A stretch of DNA of 64,000 nt from the human T2T-CHM13v2.0 reference genome, Homo sapiens (GCF_009914755.1 NC_060933.1), one strand, 5' to 3'. Shown: positions 25,791 through 41,763, numbered from the stretch's first letter. Notes: a model not told the origin generated them from the sequence alone. A program made the numbers and translations.

Positions 25791-26899
25791 ACCCCTTCCA
25801 AAGAATGCTGATCAGTACACTGCTGTAAGTTTGGAGACAGTGCTTATTCTGGTCAGGCCCTGAAACATCTTTAAAAATTATATCTGGTTTAATACCATAC
25901 AGAAATGATGAGATTCGATTTTTGAGAGATGCAGATATTCAAATCAGACAGAGTAGAAATGATAGAGAAACATTCACTTTCTTTTGCAAAATATTATGGA
26001 AATCTTTTATTTTAAAGGTACACAAACATAGGATTTTATATTGAAAAGCCCCACTATTTCTAAACTACACCTTCTATTTTGCTTCTTCATATTTCAATGG
26101 TTAGCTAAGAATACACAGACTATCCTTACTAGCCAAGTCTCCTTTTTGGAGCCTCAACATTGGTTCCAAGGTAGGTAAAATGTTCCAAGTGCTTTCAACA
26201 AATGATTTCTCATCCACACACCAAATAATTGATGAAGAAAGAAAAACCACAATATTTGGTGTCATACAACAATAATCATAAACATGTAGCATGCATACCA
26301 GCAACTTTCCGTTTTCTATTCCTTTAACTTGGCCCCAGGTCCACAGGCTCTGAATTACTGGGAAAGGATGTTATCTTAATAACAATGGCCTCAGAAATTT
26401 GACACCAGCTAGTATCTTATGCAGAAGTCAAATGCTAATTTCAAAAAATGTTAGTGAGTTTTGTTGAGTTCTAGGTATGCACCACAATGAATGAATTTGT
26501 ATTTTATTAGCAGATAAACTCTTTGCATATTTTTAACATGCTAGAATTTGTTCCAGAATTGAGTATTTGAAGTGATGCAGAATACAGAATACTGAAAGAG
26601 AATTATAAAAGGCTTGGCTATGGAACAAAGCAAATGGAGTGAGAAAAGAACTCAGGAAGAATTAGGAGGCCTATTTGTCAGAGCTGGTTCTGTCACTGAC
26701 TAGTTGTGTCATTTTGGACAGTCCTTTACACATTCCAGTCTTCTTACATACTCTAGGATTCAACTTTTCTCTTCGCAAAATGAAGACATAGAACAACATA
26801 AAAGGTTGCATCCTTGTTCCATAGGAAAAACCTAACTGTTGACTTTTGTGTTATGGCTTTGTTTTTTTGTCAGTTAAAACTTTATTTTTTTTTGAGTTT

Positions 26900-28440
<1,541 letters not shown>

Positions 28441-28443
28441 AGG

Positions 28444-30780
28444 TATATTAGTCCATTTTCACACTGCTATAAAGACATGCCTGAGACTGGGTAATTTATA
28501 AAGAAAAGAGGTTTAATTGACTCACAGTTCCGCATGGCTGGGGAGGCCTCAGGAAACTTACAATCACGGCAGAAAGCGAAGAGGAAGCAAGGCATGTGTT
28601 ACATGGTGGCAGGAGGGTGGAGGGAAATGTCAAATACTTTAAAACCATCAGTTCTCAAAAGAACTCACTCACTATCACGAGAACAGTATGGGGGAAACTT
28701 CCCCAATTATCCAATCACCTCCTACCAGTCCCTCCCTCAACATGTGGGGATTACAACTTGAGATGAGATTTGGGTGGGGACACAGAGCCAAACCATATCA
28801 CTCTGCCCTTTCCCCTCCCAAATCCCATGCTCTTCTTATATTTCAAGACCAATCCTGCTTTCCTAATAGTCCCCCAGAGTTTAATTCATTCCACCATTAA
28901 CTCGAAAGTACAAGTTCAAAGTTTCATCTGAGATAAGGCAAGTCTCTTCTGCCTATGAGCCTGTAAAATCAAAAACAAGTTAGTTCTTTCCAAGATACAA
29001 TGAAGGGGTAGGCATTGGGTAAATGTTCCCATTCCAAATGGGAGAAATTGGCTAAAACAAAGGGACCATAGGCCCCATGCAAGTCTGAAGCCCAACAGGG
29101 CAGTCATTAAATCTTAAAGCCCCAACATAATCTTCTTTGACTCCATGTCTCACATCCAGGGTATGCTGATGAAAGAGCTGGTTTCCCAAGGCCTTGGGTA
29201 GCTCTGCCCCTGTGGCTCCGTGGGGTACACCCCCTGTGGATGCTTTCTTGGGCTGGCATTGAGTACCTGTGGCTTTTTCAGGTGCATGGTGCAAAATGTA
29301 AGTGGATCTACTATTCTGTTCTCTAGGGGAGAGTGGCGCTCTTCTCACAGTGATGCTAGGCAGTGCCCCAGTGGGGACTTTGTGTGGGGGCTCCAACCCC
29401 ATATATCCACTCTGAATGGCCCTAGTAGAGGTTCTCCATGAGGGCTCTGATCCTTCAGCAGATTTCTACCTAGACATCCAGACATTTCCATACATCTTCT
29501 GAAATCTAGGCAGAGGCTCCCAAAGCTCAACTCTTGTCTTTTGCACACCCACAGGCCCAGCACCACATGGAAGCCACTGATGCTTGGGAGTTGCAGTCTT
29601 TGAAGCCACAGCTCAAGCTGCACCTTGGCTCATTTTAGCCACAGCTGGAGCTGGAGTGGCTTGGATGCAGGGCACCAAGTCCTGAGGCTGCACATAGGAG
29701 TGGGATGCTGGGACTAGCCCACGAAACCATTTTTGCCTCCTAGGCCTCCAGGCCTGTGATAGGAGGGGCTGCCATGAAGATCTCTGTCATGCCCTGGAGA
29801 AATATTTTTTCATTTTCTTGGCTATGAACATCTGGACTCCTTCTTACTCAAATTTCTGCAGCAGGCTTGAATTTCTACCCAGAAAATGGGTTTTTCTTTT
29901 CTACTGCATGGTCTGTCTGCAAATTTTACAAACTTTTATGAACTGCTTCCCTTTTAAATATAAGTTCCAATTTCAAATCATCTTTTTTGTGAACACATAC
30001 AACTGTACTCTTTCAGAAAAAGCCAAGTCACCCCTTGATACTTTGTTGCTTAGAAATTTCTTTGGCCAGATACCCTAAATTATCTCTCTCAAGTTCAAAT
30101 TTCCACAGATCTCTAGAACGGGGTAAAATGCTGCCAGTCTCTTTGCTAAAGCATAGCAAGAGTCACCTGTACTCTAGTTCCCAACAAGTTCCTCATCTCT
30201 ATCTGAGACCATCTCAGCCTGGACTTTATTGCCCATATCACTATCAGCATTTTGGTCAAAGACATCCAACAAGTCTCTAGGAAATTCCAAAGTTTCCCAC
30301 ATCTTCATGTCTTCTTCTGAGCCCTCCAAACTGTTCTAACCTGTGCCTGTTACCCAGTTCTAAAGTGCTTCCACATTTTCAGGTTATCTTGAAAGTAGTG
30401 CCCTGCTCCCAGTACCAATTTCCTGTATTAGTCAATTTTCACGCTGCTATAAAGACATACCTGAAACTGGGTAATTTATAAAAGAAAGAGTTTTAACTGA
30501 CTCAATGTTCCACATGGCTGAGAGGACTCAGGAAACTTACAATAATGGCAGAAAGCAAAAGGGAAGCAAGTCATCCTACATGGCAACAGGAGAGAGAGAG
30601 CAGGGGAACTGCCAAACAATTTTAAACCCTCAGATCTTGTGAGAACTTCCTCACTAACATGAGAACAGCATGGGAGAAACCACCCTCATAATACAATCAC
30701 CTCCCACCAGGATCCTCCCTCAACACATGGGGATTACAATTCGAGATGAGATTTGGGTGGGGATACAAGCCAAACCATAT
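28444..30780 (-). mobile_element. Full THE1D-like MaLR (LTR 28444-28800, internal region, LTR ~30424-30780)
   Basis: Two similar LTRs (ctgctataaagacat...cctcaggaaacttacaat...aaaccatat) flanking ~1.6 kb of MaLR internal sequence; TSD not resolved. Confidence 0.88.
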
Positions 30781-31509
30781 GGCCAGAGTTCACACTTTTC
30801 TTTTCTGGATGTTGATCTTTATATGTTTCTTCTTGAGAAAGATTGGATAGTTTGTGTCTTTCTAGGAATTTGTTTATTTTATTTAAGTTGTCAAATTTAT
30901 GGACATAAAGTTGATGTAGCATTTTCTTTCCATGCTTTTAATATTTGTATGCTCTATAGAGATGCCTGCTTTTTCATTTTGATATTTGTAATTTGTGTCT
31001 TATCTCTTTTTCTTTTTTCTTGATCATTCTGGCTACAGTTTTAGCCAAAGAATGACCTATTGGTCTTATTTTTTTTCGGTATTATCCTTTTTTGTTTCCA
31101 TTTTTATTACTTCTCTTAAAAATTGTTCTTGTATTTCTGCTTCCTTTTGTTTTAATTTGTTCTTGCTAGGTCCTTAAGATGGAAACTTAGATTACTGTTC
31201 TTTGACTTTTATTATTTTCCAATATCGTGCTATATATTCCCTCCAAGTAAGTCAGTATTGTTTTCTAATTTCAGATATTGTTTTCCTAATTCTAGAATTT
31301 TGATTTATTCATTTTTATATTGTTTATCTTTCTCAGGGGAGATTCCCATTCTTTCCAATTATCATGAACATGTTTCCTTTCTGTCCTCAAGTATAATTAT
31401 AACAGCTACTCTGAAATATCTGTCAGCTAATTATAACATCTGGGTCATTTTATTTTGGCCTTTATAGTTATATAGTTATAGTTATATAGTTAACTTTCTT
31501 ATGATTTAT

Positions 31510-33095
31510 CATATACAGATGACAAATAAGGTTATATAAAAAGGTTTTACATTATACATCATCAGGGAAATGCAAATTAAAACTACAATGAGATACCACT
31601 ATACAATTATTAGACTGGCTGAAATCCAGAATACTAACAACATCAAATTCTCCAAAAATACATGGCAACAAGAGTGCTCGTTCATTGCTCGTGGGAAGGC
31701 AAAATGTTCCAGGCACTTTGAAGGACAATTTGGTGGTTTCTTAAAAGATTAAACACACTCTTCCTGTACTATACTACACTATACTATACTATGCTATACC
31801 ATTACTAGCAATAATGTTCCTTGGTATTTATGCAAAGGTGTTGAAAACCTATTCCCATACAAAAACTTGCACATGGATGTTTATAGAGGCTTTAATCATA
31901 ATAACCAAAACTTGAAAGCAATCAAAATGTCCTTTAATAAGTGAATTGATAAATAAACTGTAGTATATCCATTCAGTGGGATGTTATTTAGTGATTAAAA
32001 GAAGTAAGCTATTAAGCCATAAATAGACATGGTAGAAACTTAGATGCATAATACTAGATGAAAAAAAGCCAGTCTGAAAATGATAATATGCTATATGATT
32101 CCAATTACAGTCATACACTGCATAATGACATTTCAGTCAAGCAACTGGGCGCATATATTCCTGTTGTGTATACCATAAGGTTATAATAAACTGAAAAATT
32201 TGTATCACTTAGTGACATTGTAGCTGTCTTAACATTGTAGTGCAGTTTATTATTTTGTATAGATTTAGTGTAGCCTAAGTGTACAGTGTTTATAAAGTCT
32301 ACAGTAGTGTATAGCAATGTCCTAGGCTTTTCACATTCACTCACCACTCACAGACTGACTCACTCAGAACAACTTTCAGTCCTACAAGCTTCATTCATGA
32401 TATGTATCCTATACAGATGTACCATTTTTTATCTTCTATACTATAATTTTACTGTTTAGATATGTTTAGATACACAAATATTTACCATTGTCTTATAATA
32501 GTCTAAATAATTCAGTACATACTATTGCATACTACACAGGTTTGTAGCCTAGGAACAATAGGCTATATCATAAGCCTGGGTGTGTGGTAGGGTATAACAT
32601 TCAGGTTTGTGTAACTATATGCTATGATGTTTGCACATGAAAGTCACCTAACAATGCATTTCTTAAAACCTGTCTCTGTTGTTAAGCAGCACATGGCTGC
32701 ATATTTAATTCTGGAAAACTCAAAGCTATAGAGGCAATAAAAAGGTTAGTGGTGTGCAGGAGTTAGGGGATACAGAGACGAATAGGTGGAGCACAGGATA
32801 TTTTTAGGTCAATGAAAATACTCTGCTTTACAGTATATTGGCAAATACATGTCATGATACTTTTCTCTAACCCACAGAATATGCAACACCAAGAGTAAAC
32901 TCCAATGTAAACTATAGAGTCTGGGTGACAATGATGTGTCAATGTAGTTTCATCAATTGTAACAAATGTACCACTAGATGGGGGATGTTGATAATTGAGG
33001 AGGTTATGAATGTGTGGGGGCAGGAGGAGATCTTTGAACCTTTCTTTAAATTTTTTTGTGAACCTAAAAGTTCCTTAAAAGATGAAATCTTTAAA
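31510..33095 (+). mobile_element. L1MC1-like 3' portion
   Basis: cacagaatatgcaacaccaagagtaaac...catcaattgtaacaaatgtaccact 3'UTR motif. Confidence 0.8.
32108..32699 (+). mobile_element. Tigger3 (Golem) ~600 bp derivative
   Basis: cagtcatacactgcataatgac...gttaagcagcacatggctg terminal inverted repeats, preceded by TA. Confidence 0.85.
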
Positions 33096-33801
33096 AAATA
33101 TCAGGAATGGTCATATTGGTTAAAAAGCAGAGCACAAGCATGTGTTGCTTATAAGAAAACCATGTTAAATATAAACAGAAACATAGGTTAATGTTCAAAT
33201 GATTAAAAATTACATACCTTGCTAACGGTAACAGGAGGAAATTTTGAGTGGCTACAATTAATGTAATCTAAATATATTTCAAAGCAAAGAATATTGCTAG
33301 TGATTAAGAAACATTTCATAATGACAAAAGTGTCAATTTATTAAAAAGTCACAAAAATTCTAAAGAAAAGCCCAAAATAAAATACATGATGCAAAATTAA
33401 TAGATATATACAGGGATACATAAATAAATACAAAATAATAGTTAGAGATTTTACCACTCCTTCCTCAATAATTAATAAAATTAGTAGATACAAAACATTA
33501 AGAATATATAAATTAGAATAAATAAACAAATAAGAATAGATAAAACTTGAGCAATTTTCTCAACCAACTTAACCAAATTGATACTTATAAAACATTCCAC
33601 TAAGCACCAGCAAAGAACAATTTTTTTCAAGTGCCCATACAACTTTTACCTAGGTAGACCATATAATGAAAGATAAGTCAAGTTCAATAAATTTAAATAT
33701 ATTTAAGTAATACAAGGTATGTTTTCTGATGACAACTGAATGATTTTAGGTGTCAATAGCAGGAAGATATTCAGAAAATTATAAAACATTAGGAAATAAC
33801 A

Positions 33802-34103
33802 TTTTTTGTTTGTTTGTTTCTGAGACGGAGTCTCGCTCTGTTGCCCAGGCTGCAGTGCAGTGGCACAGTCTCGTCTCACTCAACCTCTGCCTCCTGGGTT
33901 CAAGCGATTCTCCTGCCTCAGCCTCCCGAGTAGTTGGGACTACAGCTGCATGCCACCACGGATGGCTAATTTTTTCGTATTTTTAGTAGAGACGGGGTTT
34001 CACCGTGTTAGTCAGGATGGTCTCGATTTCATGACCTCCTGATCCGCTCACCTCGGCCTCCCAAATTGCTGGGATTACAGGCGTAAGCCACCGCACCCGG
34101 CCC
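33802..34103 (-). mobile_element. AluSc-like
   Basis: Full Alu with caccgtgttag...gatggtctcgat; aaataaca flanks on both sides. Confidence 0.93.
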
Positions 34104-37100
34104 AAAATAACACTCTTATAAATAACAAATAGGTTTGAAAAGAACCCAAAAGGTTAGAAAGTATTCTGAAATTAGTAGAAACACAACATATAAAAATTTA
34201 TTGAATATAGCCAAAGCAGTACTTAAGAAAAATCTTATAACAAACATCTTTATTAGTAATTGATGAAGATGTCAATCAATCACCTCTGATTACAACTCAA
34301 GAAAGTAGGAAAAAATCAAATTAAACACAAAGTAAGCAGAAGAAAGAAAATAACAAATATCTTAGAGAAACATAATAAAATAGAAGACAGAAAATCGATG
34401 AAACCAAAAACTGCTTCTTTGAGAAGAGCAATACAATTTACAAACTTCTTATAATTACAAGGAAAAGTAAAAACATATTAACAGTACCAGAAAAGAGAGA
34501 TGTGACCTCTTTAACAGACTTTACAAATATTAAAATGTTAATAAGAAAAATTATGAACAATTGCATGCAAATAAATTCAACAACTTGGAATTTCTTGCAA
34601 GACAGAAAATATCAAACTTATTCAACAGGAAATAAATTAACTGAATAAAACTATATCTATTAAAGTAATTGAATAAACTGTTAAAAACGTTTCCACATAA
34701 TAAAATTTAGGTCTAGATAGCGTTAATTGGGGAAATCATACCAAACATTTAAGGTAGAATTAACAACATCTTCCAGAAAACTAGAGAAGGGAGCATACTT
34801 TCCAACTCATTCTATGAGGCCAGTATTAGACAGATAATCAGACAGTGATATTACAAGAAAGAGAAACTACAGAATAATATCTCTGATAAAATAGATGCAA
34901 AATTGTTAATACAATTTTAGAAAATAAAGTGCACTTATATGAAATAATAAATCATGATCAATTGGGATTTATACCAGGAATTCAAGAATGGTTCTCCATT
35001 AAAAAAATCAATGTAAGTCATCATATTACTAAATTTAAAAAGAAAAACACAATTATGTCAATAGATGGAGAACAAACATTTGACAGAATCCAAAGTTTAT
35101 TCTCATAAAAATCTCTTGGCACACTAAAAATAGAAGAGAACTATCTTAATCTGAGAAAGGACAATTACCAAAATCTACAGTTAATATCATACTTAATTAC
35201 AAAAGACTGAATGCTTTTCTCTCAAGGTTAGGAATAAGGGAAACTGCTCTCAGCCCTTCTTTTCAACATTTTCAACATTCATTTCTACTTACTGGTGATG
35301 GTTGTAACCAGTCAGATAAGGAACAAAAACAAATAAAAGTAACCAGATTAAAAAGGAAGAACTAAAATTTTCTTTAATCTTAAGCAACATAGTCATCTTT
35401 ATAAATAATCAAATGGAATCTACAAAAATCTATTATAAATAATAATTGAATATAGCAGCATGCAAGATACAAAAATAATGCACAAAAATCATATGTATTT
35501 CTATAAATTAGCAGCAAACACTCAAAAATTGAAATCAAAACTAACATTTATATAGCATAAAAATAGACATTCTTAGGGAAAAATCTAACAAAAGATGTAC
35601 AAGACAAGGTACAATGAAAACTACAAAACATCGTTGAGAGATTAAAAAGACCTAAATACATGTAGATAGATTGCATATTTATGGATCAAATGATAACTGT
35701 GGGTGAATATTTCAATACTTTCTAAACTGATCTATAGATTCAATGCAATTCTAATCAAAATTCAAGCATGTCAGTTCAAGATAGGAATTGATAAGCTAAT
35801 TCTAAAATTCATATGGAAATTCAAAGGACCTAAAATAGCCAAAACAACTTTGGAAAAGAAGAATGTATTTGATGGATTTATACTATCTGACTTCATGATG
35901 TATTATTAAGCTAAATTAGTGAAGATGATATGATATTGCCATCAAGGTAGACAATTAGGTTAATGGGACAGAACAGAGTTCAAAAATTGACCCACCCAAT
36001 GTGGATAATAGATTTTCAACAAAGTTACAAAAGCAATCTAATGGAGGAAAAATTTTCTTCAACAAAAATACTGGAAATATTACATATGTGTATGCAGGAG
36101 AATAAACTTTGATCCATATTTTACGCCATATATGAAAATTCAGTCAAAATATAGGATAAACATAAATGTAACACCTAAAAGTATAAACTTTCCAGTAGAG
36201 AACATAAAAAAAGTATTTGTGGTCTTGAGTTACGCAAAAATTTCTTTGATGCAACATAATGAAAGAAAAGAAACAATAAATTGGATTTCACCAATATTAA
36301 AAAGGTCCACCCTTTGAAAGATGTTGTGAAGAGAATAAACAGACAAGACACAGACTGACATGATTGTAAATTACATATATGATAATGGACTTTTTTCCAT
36401 ACTGTAGAACAATCTTTCAAAATTCAAATGTAAGGGAAGAAACTGCCTGATTTAAAAAGGACAGTAGTTTTGAATAACGTTTTATTAAAGAAGTTTTATA
36501 ATCGGTAAATAAGAACATGAAAAGATGCTCAACATTATTAGTCCTTAAATACACAGAAACATGGATAAATCTCAAAATAATTATGCTGAGTTAAGTAAGC
36601 AAGGCAAAAATCAACATACACTATGATTCAATTTCTATAAATCTCTGGACAACACAAACTAATATATAGTGACAGAAAACAGATTAGTAGCATGAGGGCT
36701 GGGGATAAGAGAGGCACAGGCAGGAGGCATGGATTACAATAAGACTTTAAGAAACTTTTGGGGATGTTATAAATATCTATCTTGATTGTGGTCATAATTT
36801 CATAATTGTATACATATGTCAAAACTTATAAAATATTACATTTTAAATATATGCAGCAATTATACCTCAATAAAATTGTTAAAATATATCAATATATTTA
36901 ACTAAATACAAACATCAATAAATAAATATGATAGATGTCCAAGACTCCAAAATATAAATAACAAAACACATTTGAGAGAAATTAACTTGAATCTAAATAA
37001 AGTGGAAAGGTATACTAGGTTCATAAATTGGAAGACTTAATAGTGTTCAGATGTGAATTTCTCCCTTAGGTAATCTATAGATTCAATACAAACCATAAAA

Positions 37101-37104
37101 TGTC

Positions 37105-37128
37105 TGTGTGTGTGTGTGTGTGTGTGTG
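37105..37128. repeat. (TG)n microsatellite
   Basis: Read directly from the sequence. Confidence 0.9.
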
Positions 37129-37900
37129 TATACACACACACATAGATATATATGGGGGGTATAAATTGACAAGCTATTTTTAAAATGTCTGTGATAATGT
37201 TAAGATGTAGAACAACCACAAACAGTTTGAATATCAAAGTTGCCGTACCTGATTTCATAATTTACTGGAAAGCTGCAGTAATTATGACAATGTGGTAGTG
37301 ACACAAAGGGAGATAATGGACACTTTGAATAGAAAAGTCTAGAAACAGACTTTCTTATAGGGTCATTGGAATAATGAGAAAAGTGTCACTGTAGTTCAAT
37401 GAGGAGATGATTTTTGTCTAGTTAACAAAATCAGTCAGAAATAAGCATTTTCACCTCTGCTTCAAGATTCAATGATCACAGACTTAAATGTGAAACGCAA
37501 ATCAGTAAGAGTTTTAGAGTAAAATGTAGGGGAACACTGATAATCTTTGAGCAGGCTATAATTTCTTAAGCAGAACATAACAATAAACATTAAAAAACAT
37601 TGATCAATTGGACAATAATTTGGGTCAATAACATTAATGATTAAAATTAATAATACTGTTTATTAAAAGACAGCATTAGAAGAGTGATAAGGTCAACTAC
37701 ATACTAGAAAAATATCTGCAAATATTCAACCTTAGACTTATGAAAAGACTTTATCAGGGAATTTCTACACATCAGTGAGAAAGTAGAAGAGCAATGGGAA
37801 GAAAACTGAAAAGATACTTCACAAAAAAACAAAATATACATATAAAAGAATGGCTGTTATTAAGTCAAAAAAAAAAATAGATCTTGGAATAGATGTGGTG

Positions 37901-38813
37901 TGTATTACTTCATTTTCAAACTGCTGATAAAAACATACCCCAGACTGGATAATTTACAAAGAAAAAGAGGTTTAATGGACTCATAATTACATATGGCTGG
38001 GGAGGCCTCACAATCATGGCAGAAGGTGATAATGAAAGGGGTTTCCCTTTACAAAAGCAACAGATCTCATGAGACCTAACACTACCATGGGAAGAGTATG
38101 GTGAAAACCAGTCCCATGATTCAATTATCTCCCACAGGGTCCTTCCCATAACATGTGGAAATTATGGGATTCAAGATGAGATTTGGGTGGAGACACAGCC
38201 AAACCATATCATTCTGTCTCTGGCCCTTCCCAAATCTCATATCCTCACATTTCAAAATGAATTATGCCTTCCCAACAGTCCCCCAAAGTCTTAACTCATT
38301 TCAGCATTAACTCAAAAGTCCACAGTTCAAAGTCTCATTTGAGACAAAGCAAATGTACTTTCCAGCCTCTGCATGTTACCCAGTTCCAAAGTGGCTTCCA
38401 CATTTTCAGGTATCAATAAAGCAGTTCCCCACTCTACCAGTAGCAATTTACTGTATTAGTCTGTTCTCATGCTGCTAATAAAGACATACCTGAGACTGGG
38501 TAATTTACAAAGCAAAAGAGGTTTATTGGACTTGGAGTTCCATGTGGCTTCAGAAGCCTCACAGTCATGGTGGAAGGTAAAAGGCATGTCTTACATGGCA
38601 GTAGAAAAGACAGAATGAGAGCCACGCAAAAGTGAAAACCCCTTATAAAAATATCAAATCTCATGAGACTTATTCACTACCATGGGAACAGTATAGGGGA
38701 TACCACCCCCACGATTAAATTATCTTCCACCAAGTCCCTCCCACAACATGTGGGAATTATGGGAGCTACAATTCAAGATAAGATTTGGGTGGGGACACAT
38801 CCAAGCCATATCA
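37901..38813 (-). mobile_element. THE1 (B/C) element with two LTRs and an internal region deleted to ~240 bp
   Basis: LTRs 37901-38211 and 38452-38813; TSD tggtg/tggag. Confidence 0.88.
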
Positions 38814-38953
38814 TGGAGAAAGGTGAATACTTATACACTCTTGTTAGGAATGTAAATTAGTAGAACTTTTATGGAAAATAGTATGGAGATTCCTTAAAGA
38901 ACTAAAAGTAGATCTACCATTTAATCCAGCAATCTCACTACTGAGTATCTACC

Positions 38954-39803
38954 TGATATGGTTTGGCTCTGTGTCCCCACCCAAATCTCATCTTGTGGCT
39001 CCCATAATTCCCACGTGTTGTGGACGGGACCTGGTGGGAGATAACTGAATCATGGGGGCAGGTCTTTTCTGTGCTGTTCTCATGATAGCGAATAAGTCTC
39101 ATGAGACCTGATGGTTTTAAAAATGATAGTTTCTCCACACAAGTTCTCTCTTTGCCTGCTGCCATTCACATAAGATGTGACTTGCTCCTCTTTGCCTTCC
39201 ACCATGATTGTGAGGCCTCCCCAGCCATGTCGAACTGTAAGTCCAATAAACCTCTTTCTTTTGTAAACTGCCTAGTCTCAAGGATGTCTTTATTATCAGC
39301 ATGAAAACAGGTTAAAATAGTACATTGGTACTGAGAGCGGGTGCTGCTGAAAAGATAACTGAAAATGTGGAAGCGACTTTGGAACTGGGTAACAGGCAGA
39401 GGTTGGAAAAGTTTAGAGGGCTCAGAAGAAGACAGGAAAATGTGGGAAAGTGTGGAACTCCCTAGATACTTGTTGAATGGTTTTAACCAAAATGCTGATA
39501 ATGATACAGGCAATGAAAGCCAGGCTGAGGTGGTCTCAGATGGAGATAAGGGACTTGTTGGGAACTGCAGTAAAGATGACTCTTGTTATGTTTTATCAAA
39601 AAGATTGGCAGCGGTGACTCTTGTTATGTTTTAGCAAAAAGACTGGCAGCATTTTGCCCCTGCCCTAGAGATCTGCAGAACTTTGAACTTGAGAAAGATG
39701 ATTTAGGGTATCTGGTGGAATAAGTTTCTTCCTTCCTTCCTTCCTTCCTTCCTTCCTTCATTCCTTCCTTCCTCTCTCTCTTTTTCCTTCCTTCCTTCCT
39801 TCC

Positions 39804-39885
<82 letters not shown>

Positions 39886-41763
39886 TTTTTCTTCTTTTTT
39901 GGAGTCTCACTCTGTCATCCAGGCTGGAGTGTAGTGGTGTGATCTCGGCTCACTGAAACCTCCACCTCCTGGGTTCAAGCAATTCTCCTGCCTCAACCTC
40001 CTGAGTAGCTGGGATTACAGGTGCCTGCTACTATGCCTGGCTAATTTTTTTTTTTTTTTTTTTTTTTTTTGTATTTTTAGTAAAGACAAGGTTTCACCAT
40101 GTTGGCCAGGCTGGTTTCAAACTCCTGACCTCAAGTGATCTGCCTGCCTCAGTCTCCCAAAGTGCTGGGATTACAGGCATGGGTGGAAAAAGTTTCTAAG
40201 CAGCAAAGCATTCAAGATGTGACTTGCGTGCTGTTAAAGGCATTCAGTTTTATAAGAGAAGCAAACTATAAAAACTCAGAAAATTTGCAGCCTGACAATG
40301 CAAAAGAAAACTTCCTTTTCTGAGGAGAAATTCAAGCCAGCTGCAGAAATTTGCATAAGTAAAAAGAAGTTGAATGTTAATCCCCAAGACAATGGGGAAA
40401 ATATCTCCAGAGCCTGAAAAAGGTCTTCATGGCAGCATCTCTCATCACAGACCCAGAGGCCTAGGAGGAAAAAGTGGTTTCATGGGCCAGGCCCAGAGTC
40501 CCCATGCTGTGTGCAGCCTAGGGACTTGGTGCCCTGTGTCCCAGCTTCTCCAGCCATGTCTGAAAGGGGCCAATGTAGAACTCAAGCTGTGGCTTCAAGG
40601 GTGCGAGCCCCAAGCCCTGCCAGCTTCCATGTGGTGTTGAGCCTGCCAGTGCACAGAAGTCAATAATTGGAGTTTGGGAACCTCCACCTAGATATCAGAA
40701 GATGTATGGAAATGCCTGGAGGTCTAGGCAGAAGTTTGCTGCAGGGGTGGGGCCCTCATGGAGAACCTCTGCTAAGGCAGTGTGGAAGGGAAATGTGGGG
40801 TTGAAGCCACCACCCAGAGACTCTACTGGGGCACCATTGAGTGGAATTGTGAGAAGAGGGCCACCGTCCTCCAGACCCCAGAATGGTAGATCCACCAACT
40901 GCTTGCACTGTGTGCCTGGAAAAGCTGCAGACACTCAATGTTAGCCCATGAAAGCAGCCAGGAGGGGGACTATACCCTACAAAGCCACAGGGACAGAGCT
41001 GCCCAAGGCTGTGGGATCCTACCTGTTGCATCAATGTGACCTGGGTGTGAGACCTGGAGTAAGAGGAGATTATTTTGGAGCTTTAAGATTTTACTGCCCT
41101 GCTGGATTTCAGGCTTGCATGGGATCTGTAGCCCCTTTGTTTTGGTCAATTTATCCCATTTGGAATGAGTGTATTTACCCAATGCCTGTGCCTCCATTGT
41201 ATCTAGGAAGTAACTAACTTGCTTTTGATTTTACAGGCTCATAGGCAGAAGGGACTTGCCTTATCTCCGATGAGACTTTGGACTGTAGATGTTTGAGTTA
41301 ATGCTGAAATGAGATAAGACTTTGGGGGACTGTGGGGAAGGCAAGATTGGTTTTGAAATGTGAAGATATGAGATTTAAGGGTGTCATGGGCGAAATTATA
41401 TGATTTGACTCTGTGTCCCCACCCAAATCTCATCTTGTAGCTCCCATAATTCTCACGTGTTGTGGGAGAGACCCAGTGGGAGATAACTGAATCATAGGCG
41501 CAGGTCTTTCCAGTGCTATTCTTATGATAATGAATGGGTCTCATGATATCTGATGGTTTTAAAAACAGGAGTTTCTCTGCCCAAGCTCTCTCTTTGCCTG
41601 CTTCTATCTATGTAAGATGTGACTTGAACCTCCTTGCCTTCTACCCTGATTGTGAGGTCTCTTCAGCAATGTGGATCTGTAACTCCAATAAACCTCTTTT
41701 GTTTTTTTAAATTGCCCAGTCTTGGGTGTGTCTTTATAAGCAGCATGAAAACAGACTAATAAA
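38954..41763 (+). mobile_element. Full-length THE1 (A/B) element
   Basis: LTRs ~38954-39319 and ~41396-41763; THE1 internal region; perfect 5 bp TSD ctacc at 38949-38953 and 41764-41768. Confidence 0.93.
39725..40181 (-). mobile_element. AluS (slightly 5'-truncated) with tail expanded into (TTCC)n(TC)n(TTTC)n
   Basis: TSD ggtggaa(t/a)aagtttct at 39714-39729 and 40182-40197; long T-run in the middle linker. Confidence 0.92.

Larger units (their letters stand above)
33100..37850 (+). mobile_element. Ancient L1M/L1ME ORF2 and 3' UTR (at least two pieces)
   Basis: Degenerate ORF2 (e.g. 35703-35909 LIYRFNAILIKI...KFIWKFKGPKIAKTTLEKKN) and L1ME-type 3' end at ~36880. Confidence 0.8.
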
